A stretch of DNA of 64,000 bases from Amoebidium appalachense. Its lineage: Eukaryota > Protista > Ichthyosporea. Below the pieces are notes generated by a model. The model was not told the origin of the DNA and made no database searches. It saw only the letters and a program-made list of their open reading frames with translations. Position 1 is the stretch's first letter, and each line of letters starts with the position of its first letter. A program made the translations under genes and the position numbers. The stretch is from positions 9,082,664 to 9,146,663 of the forward strand of contig CAVNZM010000011.1 of assembly GCA_963693365.1 (NCBI GenBank), given 5' to 3'. Of this stretch, positions 1 through 34,478 are shown piece after piece.

Positions 1-238
1 CTTCGGTACACACGTGTTTGGCACGATGCGTGTGCGTGCGTACGTGGGTGAATTTGTGCAAATCTGCTTAGTACTTGGGTTTGGTGTCGCTGTCTTTTTT
101 TTTCGTATTCTTCAAGAATTGTACACTAATCACTTGCCTGCTCCCGTACAATCCTTGATGTGTGCACATGAACACACGTGCAACCGCACACACACACACG
201 TACACGTACACACACACTAGCACACACACACACAATCA

Positions 239-320
<82 letters not shown>

Positions 321-354
321 TACTCCCACCCTCACTCCCGCATCTGCACACGCA

Positions 355-391
<37 letters not shown>

Positions 392-454
392 ACACACACA
401 CTCCCACACACACTCCCGCACCCGCACACACGTACACACACACACACGTACAGC

Positions 455-1085
455 TTGGAGAGGCAGAAGCTCCCCGAGCGCACCATGCCCACGATCGTTC
501 ATTCACGCAGCGCTATTGGTTCCTCGGTCAAGCAAGTGGGCATCGTGGGATATTAACTCAATAAAGGATGGAATACTGAACAAGCTATTAATCAATTGTG
601 GAATATGGAAGGCAATAAATGGATTATCATTCGGCCGGCCGTTGTGTACTGTGATCGTCTCTGTAGTTGATTGGGGGTGAATGTTAATGTGGTGTTGATT
701 CCCTGCCCCCCCCCCCCCCCCCCCCCCCCCATGCTTTTGTGCATAGGAGCCCCCCTGATGATGGGCTCTGTTCAAGTGTCTTCTGCCTGCACACTTCTCA
801 TTTCAGTACGTTTGTGTTGTTGCTCTTTGTTGTCTCCTCCATATTTCCAACCCTCTGACGCATACATCACCCACCCACCCCTTTCCCCCCCCCCCCCCCC
901 CCTTCACCCCCCTTCCCCACTCTCTCCCCCTCCCCGCCTCTCTTGCCCCCGGCACACACGTGTTTGTGTGCTGACGCGCGCGCACACACACAAGGCTCTA
1001 TGTATGCGTGATGCGGGTGCCCACAAGCGCACATATGCGCAAACACGCGACACCGTGGATGCACACAGACACACACACGTGCACA

Positions 1086-1132
<47 letters not shown>

Positions 1133-1305
1133 ACACACACACAACACACACCACATACACACAGACACACACAGACACGCACACACCACACATGCGCGCA
1201 CTCATGGGCATACATGCACAGATCAAGCATCCACCCGAACATAAACGTCACTGATACACACACTGCATGCATGCATTGTGCCCCCCCACCCCTCCCCCCC
1301 CCCCT

Positions 1306-1391
<86 letters not shown>

Positions 1392-1398
1392 TGCACAT

Positions 1399-1438
<40 letters not shown>

Positions 1439-1738
1439 TGTCAAGCCGAAACTTGCTCTAGTGCAATCTTTTCTGGAGAACATAGGGCTTCTCTTGGCGA
1501 TGTGGGCCTCAGTGTGTCCAAGTGTCTTTCTCTGCCCTGTTTTGTTTCCAAGTTTTATTTTTTGTGGATATTTTCATTGGCATGACATGACACCATGACA
1601 CGAATCATCAGCTCAGGTGTATCTCACGTCTCCAATGAGTCAGCCTACATTACACCTTGTATGGTGGGGATCTTTGGTATTTTTGAAATAAAACTTCTGG
1701 GGAGGGACCTCATGTGGGGGGGCCCCGGCGCGGGGGAA

Positions 1739-1781
<43 letters not shown>

Positions 1782-2938
1782 GGGGGGGGGGGGGGGGGGG
1801 ATACCCACAAAATCAATGTCCCAAGCTGTCCCAGGCCTGGTGGTTAAACACCCCCCCCCCCCCCCCCCCCCCCCACCCCCCGCGGCACATGCGCATGATT
1901 GCCAATTTGAAATACTAAATTACCAGACTGAGTACGTGTCCACCAAGGCCTCCTAAATAGCACTCCATTTAGGAGGCCTTGGTGTCCGACTCGGACTCCA
2001 CCCACCATGTTCAATACTCCTACTCTTTTTATTGTTTATAAAAAACATGCATGTAATTCGTTACGGTCAACTGGTGCGCAATATAATTATGCATGATTAG
2101 GGCCCGGGGCAACATCTTGGATCGTGCTCATATATATCATGCGGTGTTCGTGTGAGCCATGTAACAAGTGTACGTACGTAAATGTGGCGTATACTACACA
2201 TTACTATACTATAGTATACTATACTATACTATGCTATGCTATACTATACTATACTATACTATACTATACTATACTATACCGTATACTACTGGTATACCAA
2301 ATATATTCGCATGTGTACGTACGTGTATGTCACCTGCAGCACGTGCTCATATGTCTCGCTGGCCACAATTGCAGCAAGTTGTGCACCTCGTATGTGCATT
2401 CATGACACTCTTGCCCGTAATACACGTGTGTCCACGTACGTGTCACGGAAAGTGTGTGTGTGTTCCGGTGCACGCAGTCACTGTGGCAGGACTAGTACCG
2501 AGGGAAGCGGGGAAGGGGGGGGGGGGGGGGGGGGGGGGAGGGGGGAGGGGGGCCGGGGGGGGGGGGACCGGGAGGGACTCCGAGGGGGGAGGAGGGGGGA
2601 GGTGTAGCTAAGCCTTGAGTTTAATGAGCTTCAATGTGTACGTTTTGCAAGCCCTGGGTCGGAATTGTATATAAGCCGTTGAGTCTTAGATTCATGATCA
2701 TGGCAGCCTGGGGGAGGGGGGGGGAGGGGGGGGGGGAGGGGGGGGGAGGGGGGGGGGAGGGGGGGGGGGAGGGGAGGGGGAGGGGGGGGGGGGAGGGGGG
2801 AAGGGGGAAGACCGCCGTAAACCGTCCTAATTTGCAGGGGGTCGGTCAGGTGGCAGAGGTGGGTCCCGCCTCCTCCCTCGAGCTCTTCCACATTCAAACG
2901 CAAGAATCGCCGGCCGGATCCGGAGGGAGCAGCCAATA
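455..2938 (+). CDS. Possible 3' exons of an unidentified gene entering from the left edge
   Basis: Candidate exon 455-527 (gtacag|CTTGGA...TTCCTCG|gtcaag) and candidate last exon 2838-2938 after cctaatttgcag, with AATAAA at ~2935 and ~2990. No recognisable protein family; strand and phase uncertain. Confidence 0.3.
731..872 (+). mobile_element. Dispersed repeat family A, copy 1 (5'-truncated, embedded in poly-C)
   Basis: atgcttttgt...cccctgatgatgggctctgttcaagtgtcttctgcctgcac...gtctcctccatatttccaaccctctgacgcatacatcaccc, matching copies at 8508, 33933, 44240 and 45445. Confidence 0.85.
991..1070 (+). repeat. Short dispersed repeat; inverted second copy at ~3825-3900
   Basis: caaggctctatgtatgcgtgatgcgggtgcccacaagcgcacatatgcgcaaacacgcgacaccgtggatgcac recurs as a near-exact reverse complement; both copies run into (CA)n. 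Confidence 0.85.
1941..1984. repeat. Perfect 18-bp inverted repeat with 8-nt spacer
   Basis: caccaaggcctcctaaat-agcactcc-atttaggaggccttggtg. Confidence 0.9.
2205..2290. repeat. (TATAC)n pentanucleotide microsatellite
   Basis: Directly visible tandem tatac units. Confidence 0.9.
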
Positions 2939-3029
2939 AAGTGCAATGATCCCGGCAAGAATCCCAAAGCCCATTGCCTCCGATCCCGCAATAAACCAAA
3001 GTGGAGGCTCAGCCTCATGCATCCCCCCC

Positions 3030-3090
<61 letters not shown>

Positions 3091-3159
3091 CACCGCCCAC
3101 GGCCCCTTCCCATACCTCTATGTTGTGTCACAGCTGCAGGTCTAGACGTGTGTATGTGA

Positions 3160-3456
3160 GGGCCCAACCACATCGGCAGAGTCAACTTGCAAAAGCCGAA
3201 TTATTCTGCAGAAGCGGAATTATTCAGCAAAAAGTTTTTTGCAGAATTATTCTGCAAAAGCAGAATCACTCTGCTTTTAGCAGAATCACTCTGCTTTTAG
3301 CAAAATTATTCTGCTTTTAGCCGAATTATTCCGCAAAAAGCAGAATCATTCTGCTTTTGATTTTAGCAGCTTGATTCTGCTATTTGCAGAATAATTCTGC
3401 TTTTTGCAGAATAATTCTGCTCGACGCAAGTTGATTCAGCTGATGTGGTTGGGCCC
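3160..3456. mobile_element. Foldback MITE, possibly PIF/Harbinger (Tourist)-like
   Basis: ~31-bp imperfect TIRs gggcccaaccacatcggcagagtcaacttgc / gcaagttgattcagctgatgtggttgggccc; interior of ~20-bp palindromic units (gcagaattattctgc, ctgcttttagcag); flanks TGA and TTA. Confidence 0.7.
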
Positions 3457-3482
3457 TTATGTGTCCGTGACACTAATCGAGT

Positions 3483-3561
<79 letters not shown>

Positions 3562-3616
3562 ACGGTGTATGTGTGTGTGAGTGTGAGTGAGTGAGTGAGT
3601 GAGTGAGTGAGTGAGT

Positions 3617-3673
<57 letters not shown>

Positions 3674-3676
3674 ACG

Positions 3677-3723
<47 letters not shown>

Positions 3724-3919
3724 ACGGTGTGTGTGTGGGTGTGTGTCACGGTGTGTGTGTGTGTGTGCGTGTGTGTGTGTGTGTTTGTGTGCACGTTTGT
3801 GTGTGCACGTGTGTGTGTGTGTGTGTGCATCCACGGTGTCGCGTGTTTGCGCATATGTGCGCTTGTGGGCACCCGCATCACACATACATAGAGCCTTGTG
3901 TTCCTTTCTCCTTTTTTTT

Positions 3920-3950
<31 letters not shown>

Positions 3951-3992
3951 CCCGGTGGCAACTTAAACGGTGGGGAAGCGGGAACTAGTGCT

Positions 3993-4029
<37 letters not shown>

Positions 4030-4134
4030 TACTTCAATGTTCCAGTGGCAACGTTTTATGTATCTCATAGGCAGTACGCGCCAGCAGAGAAACATTCGAT
4101 GGCACGAGCACACCCATATCTGTACACATACATC

Positions 4135-4201
<67 letters not shown>

Positions 4202-4910
4202 CGCTGGTCCAGCCACGCGACCTTATGGTTCGAAACGTTTTGCTGCAGCCTTACGTCAGAACAAAACACATGCGGCATGGTACATTCCTTTTTATGCATA
4301 AACATTTCTATCTATAGTTACATATCCGGTGAAGCTACATAGCAGTTATCGTGCTGTATCTATAATGCCTACATGTCTTATTATCAGCAAACCGTTATAT
4401 CCAAACTGGTGACAGAAGTCATCAATTAAGTCGGTTTAAAAAACCAAAAAAAAAGCCAAGAAGGCTAGATAAATGATGCAACTGCCTATAGATTGATAAC
4501 CACACACATTCATTTTTGCCGATTAGACACTCATCATACGAGAGGAAAAACATTTTCATGCCTACAGTGTCACGCACGTGCACGTGTGAGTATGTGTGTG
4601 TGTGTGTGTGAAAGTGTTTTCATGGCATATATGTTGCACAAGTATACACGAATAATTTTGCTTATTGCTCATTCTTGATAGTGGGGGGAGGAGGAGAGGT
4701 GGTGAAAAGAGGTTGAGGGGAAAAGTAGTGTATGTGTACGTGTGTACGTGTGTGCATATTTGTTTGTATGGATGTGTGTGTGTGTGTGTGTCTGTGTGTG
4801 TGGGTGTGTGTGTGTGTGTGCGTGTGCGTGTGCGCGCGCACGTGTGCATGTGTATGTGTGTGTTTGCGTGTAAGTGTTGCGAGAGTGTGTTTACACGTAA
4901 GTTTTATAAA

Positions 4911-26480
<21,570 letters not shown>

Positions 26481-27045
26481 CAACGAACATATAGTTAAAA
26501 AAAAAAAAGCTAAAAAGAAATGCACAGTAAGAATAGAGGCAGCTGCGCTTAGTTTTTCGCAAAAAAAAAAACCCTTATGAATTAAGAGACTTCAGAAAGT
26601 CATGTTATCAGCCCCGTTTGTTTGTCCAAACTGATTAATTATGAAAAACTTCCTAAGTTTAAATAATTCGTTGTCACGCTTTTTAGCCACGAGCCAGAGA
26701 AAACCATTTCATTTGTCGGACAGATGAATGAGATGAGCCTTTGTGGCTCATGGTGATACTGTGATAGCCAATCAAAACTTGATAAAATGATTCTGATTGG
26801 CTCTAAGCGCATCACCTTATGTAAGTTTACACTGCATTCAGCCAACTAACAACTAAAAAAATTTTTAGGTAAAAACTTCGTACGTATACGCACGTGGCGT
26901 GAAGTTTCGCAAAGGCAAACCTGCAACTGATTACTTTGAGCAATCTTCCGATTCTTTACCCTTCCTCTTCTCTTCCTTTTCACACTAAGTTTTCGCTTCT
27001 TCATAGACGGTAAAAATTTGGGTGTGTTGTATCGCAGCATCAAAC
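26481..27045. promoter_or_regulatory. Putative bidirectional promoter
   Basis: Repeat-free 565-bp gap between divergent start codons, with oppositely oriented CCAAT boxes (agccaatca ~26767, tgattggct ~26794). Confidence 0.5.
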
Positions 27046-28037
27046 ATGGATCCTCAGGCTGACGCGTTTAGGCAGTTGAGGGAAGCTGGAAAAGCTGTAC
27101 GCAGAGCCAAAAAAGATGGTACACCAGTAATCTTTGTGCCTGAAGTCGTATTACCTATTGAACTAGTTACTCCAGAGTCAACAAAACTGGCCCAGGAACG
27201 CATGCAAATTTTTCGGTGCTGCATACACGGAAAAATGTGTCCAATGTTGGACATAATCCGAACAAGGGTGAAAAGGCATTTACCCTGCTGTATGAGGACA
27301 TGCGCAAGCATGAGAAAGTATGGTTCCAAATTTTTTCTCATGATGGAAACTACATGATAATCGAGCGGTGCGTGGGAATGCTTGGAACGCTCGCTACTCT
27401 ACATCGCCAAAGAGGGAATCTTGATTTTGCTTCGGAAATCCTGGAACTCGACGGACGTGTTTTCAAGCGATACACAGATATGACCTCCCGCGTAAAAGTG
27501 CGCGAGGCAAAAGTGTGCCACGATGAGCTCAAGTACAAATACGACGCTATCTGCATGAACTGCCTGATAGATCAATACCGCCGTTCCGGTGAACAAGGAG
27601 GCGAAGAATCTCCGTTGCTGAAAGAAGCGGTTTCCAATCTGCGTGTACTGATCAGGCACGAGATTGAATACAGCTACGATTTTGACAAGCAAAACTTCGC
27701 GGTTATTCTTTCCATGTTGCACATGAGTTCAGTGGGCTTACACACACCGAGCCTGTCGTTACTGAACAGAACCACAGACACACAACTCATGGGTTCCCTC
27801 TTGGCTGCCTATCAACTGGAAAAGGAAAAGGGCATAAAGGATGCACCGACCGGAACAGGCCAACCCGGTAGCCATCGTGTGACACTGTCTGTCTGCGCCA
27901 AATGTAGCAAACAAGAGCCTTTTTTGGGTGAGTACAAGACCTGTTCTGGGTGCAAGAAAGTGTATTATTGTGGGAGAGAATGCCAGAAAGCGGATTGGCG
28001 TACACACAAGGCCAGCTGCTCATACAAGGCGAAGTAG
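27046..28037 (+). CDS. MYND-type zinc finger protein, apparently single exon with one frameshift
   Basis: C-terminal CAKC...CSGCKKVYYCGRECQKADWRTHKASC is the MYND consensus. The ATG-27046 frame (MDPQADAFRQ...) joins the 27216 frame if one T is added in the T-run at ~27209-27213. Confidence 0.85.
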
Positions 28038-28916
28038 GGGTGGTGGTGTGTGTGGGCTGACTGTTCCAAGTTTCATAACGAGAATATACCTGCGCAGAAC
28101 CCATACAGACATATACAAAGCGGCAGAGTTTTAAGTATGGCCTCGGGAGGGTTGGAGAGGGGGCTTCTGAAAATGTAAGGTTTGAACCGCATAACGATTA
28201 GTGCCTATGTATAACCCCCATTGAAATATATTCACACACTTGCACATTGCTGCTTGAAAAGCATGGCGGAGTTGTAAGTGTGGCCATGGCAACTTGTTTT
28301 TTTTGGAGAGGGTGGGAGAGGGGGCCTGTGAATGTATTAGAATTAGGTTTAGCAACGTTGAGCTTTTAATAGTATGGTCATGGCGAGTCTCTTTCTTTTT
28401 AGCGCCTTGTTTGTGGCTGGAAGCCCAATGTTCCCAAGACCATAATCATTATGGATGTATCACAGCATAGTAGACCTTAACGTATATACTTGCCTGCTTG
28501 CACACTGGCCGGTGCTGTACTCTGTGTGAGACTTTGCCAGTTACGCAAGCAGCTATAGGCCGGATGGCACTTGCCCCGCTAGGGAGACCTTGGAAGCAGC
28601 AAGAACTAATAATGAACCTGGCTATTATATGACACAGGAGCGAAACCATTTTTACCTGTCCTGTCCCCTGACCCCCCCCCCCCCCCCCGCCGCCGCCGCC
28701 GCCGCAGCCCGCACCATACAAACTCACACCAAAACTGCACTTTTCCACTGAGAAAATGAAATTTGACACCTCTACCCACTCCCAAGTTCACAAAGTTATG
28801 TCCCCCCCCCCCTCCCCCCTTCTCCTCCCCTCCTCCCCCACCCACCACCCCCAACCCTTTCCCCCAATCCCAGGAGGACCCCAACACTTGAACCAATGCA
28901 AACACCCATGAACCCC

Positions 28917-29057
28917 TCAGTGTATTCGAGGTGGCCCAACCGTCTCCCTCGAATCCGCTCCCCACATGAAGCGGAACCTGGGGGCCATTCTGATCTCGCG
29001 CTGCAGCAGCTCGTACACATTCTCGCTGTGCACCCCATGCTTGTACAGCATGCACAC
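28917..29057 (-). pseudogene. Isolated exon resembling the ISWI SLIDE domain
   Basis: After ccctttgcag: VCMLYKHGVHSENVYELLQREIRMAPRFRFMW, similar to ISWI [32 protein letters not shown]; it then diverges to a stop. No room for a full ISWI gene between its neighbours. Confidence 0.65.
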
Positions 29058-29072
29058 CTGCAAAGGGGGGGA

Positions 29073-29103
<31 letters not shown>

Positions 29104-29106
29104 AGG

Positions 29107-29245
29107 GGTTGGAATACGAAAGATGGTACAAAGTACAACTACACAATGAGAAGCACGGTACAGGAATCATGCAAAGGCAAACATTCAAGTATGCAACATC
29201 AGCAATGCGCGCAGCATGCAACATAAGCAGAACCCATCCTCCGGG
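29107..29245 (-). mobile_element. Repeat family B variant, 5'-truncated
   Basis: atgagaagcacggtacaggaatcatgcaaaggcaaacattcaagtatgca...taagcagaacccatcctcc matches 45640-45795 in reverse. Confidence 0.75.
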
Positions 29246-29593
29246 GGAGAGCGGGGGGGAGGGGGGGGGAGAGGGGGTAGAATGTGTTGCAAAGTAAACA
29301 GTGCACGGCGGACAACACAGTATGTATTTTGCGAGCATACGCAAGATAATATGCTGGGGGGGGGGTAGCGGTGGATTGGGCAGGGACGTTGTACCTCTGA
29401 ACGTGTCCAAGAATTAATTGCAGAGTACTATAGCTAGTACGCACTTGATTTCAACTTTCAACCCATACCAGGCTCCGTCCAAGTGGCCGTGCATCCTATA
29501 GCAACATCCCCCCCCCATCCTTCGATCCCTACCAAAAACAAAACGCACTTGCATCCTCACATGTACATAACCCCCTTCCCCAAACACACAAAT

Positions 29594-29632
<39 letters not shown>

Positions 29633-29988
29633 AAAAACAAACAAAAAAAAAACAGCACGCATTACACGCACACACGCATTCGAGCGCGCGCGTGCTGCTA
29701 ATCTAATGTGCTGTACGTAGAAGGTGTCTGTGTGTGTTTGGGGGGGAGGGGGGGGGGGGGCATGTAAATATTAGAAGGGCTTAAAACTAAGGCTCAAACA
29801 ACTTAGAAACAACAAAGAACCGGTCTCCGACTCCCCCACTCCCCCCCCCCCCCCCGCCGCATACACACACAAACACACACACACACACCCACACAGAGAG
29901 AGAGAGAGAGAGGGAGGGAGAGATCGCACGAGAGAGAGAGAGAGGGAGGGAGAGATCTAGAGAGATGGGGGGAGGGGGGGGGGGGGGG

Positions 29989-30177
29989 GTTTGAATGCGT
30001 CATCAAGTACGAAGTACACAAGAACAATTGCTTATGCAGGCAAGGGCAGTGGGAAAGGTCGGGGGCTAAAGTTGCAGCAGTAAGCAGAAGCAAGAAAAAC
30101 ATTCATAGGAACTCAGGAGACGGGGCTTCTGGGAAGCTCCCCCGTCGCTACCTAAGTCGATACTTCCCTGGCTAACA
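29989..30177 (-). mobile_element. Repeat family B copy with internal deletion
   Basis: 3' end (tttgaatgcgtca..gtacgaagtacacaagaacaa) joined directly to the 5' module (ttgcttatgcaggcaagggcagtggg...cttccctggctaaca). Confidence 0.85.
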
Positions 30178-30698
30178 CGGGGGGCCGGACACCTGACGGT
30201 GCCGCGCTGATCAACTGATACTGCATGATCATGACAGGTAATGGGGGGTGAATTGGGGGAAGGAAAAAGTGTATTAAAGGGAAGCCTGATGGTGAAATTA
30301 ATCACTTCTGAATCAGTGAACCAGTGGTTCTGTGTATTACAACCGTAAATACACCGAAAATCCTTTGGTAAACAGAAAAGCAAAAAAATGTTATACTACC
30401 ATTCCCTAAAAAAAAAAAAAGGAGGACATGGTTACGTTCGTCCAAAAAAAACCACCTGTGCAACACACGTCAGAGATAATATCGATATGCAACATCACCC
30501 AGTATACATATGATCATTGGCCGTTTGATCGTGTTCACTACAACACTACCTTGCAAAACATATTCACCTTGTACGCGTTCTACATATGATGTATCAACCC
30601 GCCTACAAACCATATCATTACAAGTGTACAATACTTAACACACTATAAACCCATCTACACACCCATGTCTAAAAAACGAAACATAATTTTACAGCAAA

Positions 30699-33600
30699 TT
30701 AGTATTGTGGTGGTGGTGGGCGACGAGGTGTAACCGCCGGGGGAGCTGGACGGCTTGGTACAGAAGGCGGGGCCGGCCGGGTCGGGATCCGCGAATCAAA
30801 ATCACTCTCTCCTGAGGGAATAGATGGGGGAGGAGGGCGGGAGGGGACCGTAGATTTTCCAGGGCGGGGGGGTGCTATGGGCCTCACAGGGGCAACATCT
30901 GACGGGATCGCCGGAGGCGGCGGCCGATCAGGCGTTCTGATTGGTTGGGCCGTAATCGAACTGCCAAAGGACTGATTTGATTGGTTGCTTGGTGGAGGCG
31001 GGCGAGAGGGGGTGTCGTCTTCAATGTATTCTTCCTCGTCCGATTCAACGGTCCATTTTTTCTTCTCCTGCTTGCGATCCGGCTCCCACAATCCCGCCGA
31101 TCCGACATTGTTGTTGTTATTGTTGTTGTTATCGGAATACCGATTGTCGTAATCGTAATCGTTATCGTATCCTCCCCCAATATTGTTGTTTCCTTGGTCC
31201 GCTTTCTCCTTGGAGCCACTCTTTGACGCTTTACGAATTAGCGCTTTCGCTTTTTCAATCGCGCCCGTCTTGCCCCCCCTCTCCCCCCTGAGCGCGCGGT
31301 TGGTAAATTTCGCTCTCGGGGACGTCGCTCATTCGTCGCCCCGCGGCGTTTTCGTCTTGATCGTACCCGCTTGAAATATTGGGATTAGACCCTGACCCCC
31401 ACGGATCCGATTTGGTCTTCGATCCCATTTTCCGCCTGAGCCACGATCCTCTCCGCTCCAATTTTGCGTCCGATTGGCTCCGTTGGATCCCATCGTCGAT
31501 TATGTCGGCATCGGCGAAATTTGACCCGCGATCGGAAGAAAGATCCGATGGCTTGCTGTTAGATTTCCGAATTTTCGAAATTACGCCGCTCGCCATATCC
31601 CCCACCGCCGCCGCGGCGCTGCCCGCGGCATTTCCCACCCCGGCGCCGGCTTTTGCGACACCCCCCCAGGCCCCTCCGCTCTTTGAGTCTTGCTGCGATT
31701 GCGAAGAACCCCCCCCACAAATTCCTTTCAGACCCCGGCTGCCACAAATCATCATCATTTCCTCCGGCCCCGCCATAACCACCACCGCTTCCACTCACGC
31801 GCCTGTTTTCACCCCCCCACCTGCCCGAATTTTCACCACCATATGTTTCCCCTCCGTACGTTGCGTTGTCGGGAAGGTGAACAGGATCGACGGTTGGTTT
31901 ACTCGTCTGTCTCTTAAACTTCCCCAATGCACCGCTAATCGTTTTTCCTACCGCGCTACCAACACCAGTATTTTCCTTTGCGGCGCTTGAATGCCCTCTC
32001 TCTCCCCACGCTCCATATTCCTCGTGAGTATTCCCCCCTGTCGCGTTCTCCGAACCCCCCCACCCTGAAGACTGGGGAACTTCTTCCAAACCGCCCTTAC
32101 TAGTCGACCGTTTCAGTTTCGCCAACACAACCGAACCACTCATCCCTTTGTTTCGCTCTTTCTCCTGTGTTCCTACCGCCGACCAAATATCCCTCTCGTA
32201 TCCTGCCGCGGGAGAAACATTACTCCCCCCCGTTCCCGACGTGTATTGATCCACAAGAGAAGGGCTCGCACCCCACGCCGAGGGGCTCGCTTCAGATTGA
32301 ATATTTGGCGAGTAAGTGGAAGAAACATTCGAGCCACCCCTGGGTGTAACGTTTGCGTGTGGGGAAGACGTGGGAGGCTGCGTTGGTGCGGGCGTAGGAA
32401 CAAACGCACGCTGTTTTGGTGGCGGTTGGTCGAATGAAACAGCACCACTTACGCTCCACTCTTCCGTTTCCGTTGCGTCAATATCATCTTCCAAAAGCGA
32501 CATGTCCTTTTTCTTTCCGATCCCAACCGCACCGATGCGCGAAGAAACAGCGGATGTCGCGTCTGCGACGACCGATTTGGGCGACACCTTTTGCTTGGGT
32601 TGTGGTGGGGGTTCAAACAAATTTGCGCCGCCGTAATTTGATTGTGCGCTTTGTTCCCACGCGCGACGCTGATCGGGAGAGGAACCAATGGTGGAAGGCG
32701 ATTGGTTGTTTTTGGTTGAGAGAGCGATGAAGGGGTCGGCGTTGCTGGTGGGTGCGGGTGAAAGGTTGGGCCTGTGCATATGTGGCTGGTGGGTTAGAGT
32801 GGAATTGATAGCACTGTAATTGCGTATGTAAAGATTATGCCTACACTAGGGGTAACAAACATGGGTTAGAGTGGAATTGATAGCACTGTAATTGCGTATG
32901 TAAAGATTATGCCTACACTAGGGGTAACAAACATGGGTTAGAGTGGAATTGATAGCACTGTAATTGCGTATGTAAAGATTATGCCTACACTAGGGGTAAC
33001 AAACATGGGTTAGAGTGGAATTGATAGCACTGTAATTGCGTATGTAAAGATTATGCCTACACTAGGGGTAACAAACATGGGTTAGCGTGGAATTGATAGC
33101 ACTGTAGTTGCGTATGTAAAGATTATGCCTACACTAGGGGTAACAAACATGGGTTAGAGTGGAATTGATAGCACTGTAGTTGCGTATGTAAAGATTATGC
33201 CTACACTAGGGGTAACAAACATTGGGCGGGTGGGCGGGTGGGTAACCATGTTAGCAAAAACAGCAATCCAAAAAGGAAAACATTACATCCACATGCACGT
33301 GATTGCAAACAAAGAGAGCCAAAGCAAGCAAACCGGTAAAACTCCTCGAAGCGGACAGAATCACGATAGCAACGCAACCAAAAAAAAAGGTGGGGGAGGG
33401 GGGGAGGGGGGAGGGGGGGAGCAGGAAGAGTGAGAACAAGAGGGGGGAAGAGGGGGGGGGGGGGGGGGGGGGGGGGGGGAATAATACCTTGCTTGCTGTG
33501 CCTGTCCGTGTTGCTCAAACGGATCCCACTTGGGTGTCGTGCTAGTCACAGGGGGCGTAGAACTCGACCCGAAGGATATGGGTGGTGTGGGATAGTTCTG

Positions 33601-33885
33601 GGAGATGGCTGGTGTTGGATAGTTTTGAGAAATCGGGGGGGTTTTAAAGTTTGAGCGACCCTCATATCTAGCCCATGCGTCGCTCGTTTCACTCCCTGCC
33701 TGGCTCCAAGGTTGAGATGTGGTGGTTGCGCCTGTAGAGTGTGTGAGGGGGGGGAAACGGTCAGAAAACAAGCGATGGATAAAAAGGGAAGGGAGAAGGA
33801 AATGCGGGGTTGGCGTTGTTTCCGCGATGGGGTAAAGAGAGCGAGAGGGGAGAGAGGAAAAGGGGGGGAGGGAGAGGGTTTTTTT

Positions 33886-33916
<31 letters not shown>

Positions 33917-34100
33917 GGGGGGGTGGGGGGGGGTGTATGCGGTAGAGGGTTGGAAATATGGAGGAGACAACAGAGGGCAAACTACAGAACGTCACAAAAA
34001 AGACATACTCGAAATCAAACAATTTAAACGTGCAGTATGAAGACACTTGAACAGAGCCCATCATCAGGAGGATTCCTGTACCTCCGCAAAAGCGGCGGCG

Positions 34101-34136
<36 letters not shown>

Positions 34137-34429
34137 GATGAATGAACGGAAGATTGACAGCAAAAATAAAAAATAAAAATGAACATCAACAAAACACAAC
34201 AAAAGAAAGTTGGCTAACGTACGGGCAAGAGAAACACGGGCAGAGAAATGTAGACGCGGGGCAGGATGCATCGGTGAATAGTATGCCTCGTTGAGCGTGT
34301 GAGTGAGTGAGGGGGAGAGAGAGAGGGAGGGGGAGAGAGGGGAGAGAGAGAGGAAGGGGGAGAGAGGGGGAGGGGGGGGGGAGCGGGGGGGGGGGAGGGA
34401 GGTGGGGGAAAGGGGGAGAATGAGAGAGA

Positions 34430-34478
<49 letters not shown>

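Noticed and set aside
752-862. Family A as a box C/D snoRNA (TGATGA ... CTGA)
   Set aside because: The putative D box is not conserved (ctaa, ctac in other copies), there is no terminal stem, and the copies behave like a dispersed truncated repeat.
32791-33222. CRISPR-like regular array
   Set aside because: Units are contiguous and near-identical with no unique spacers, there are no cas genes, and the context is a eukaryotic intron.
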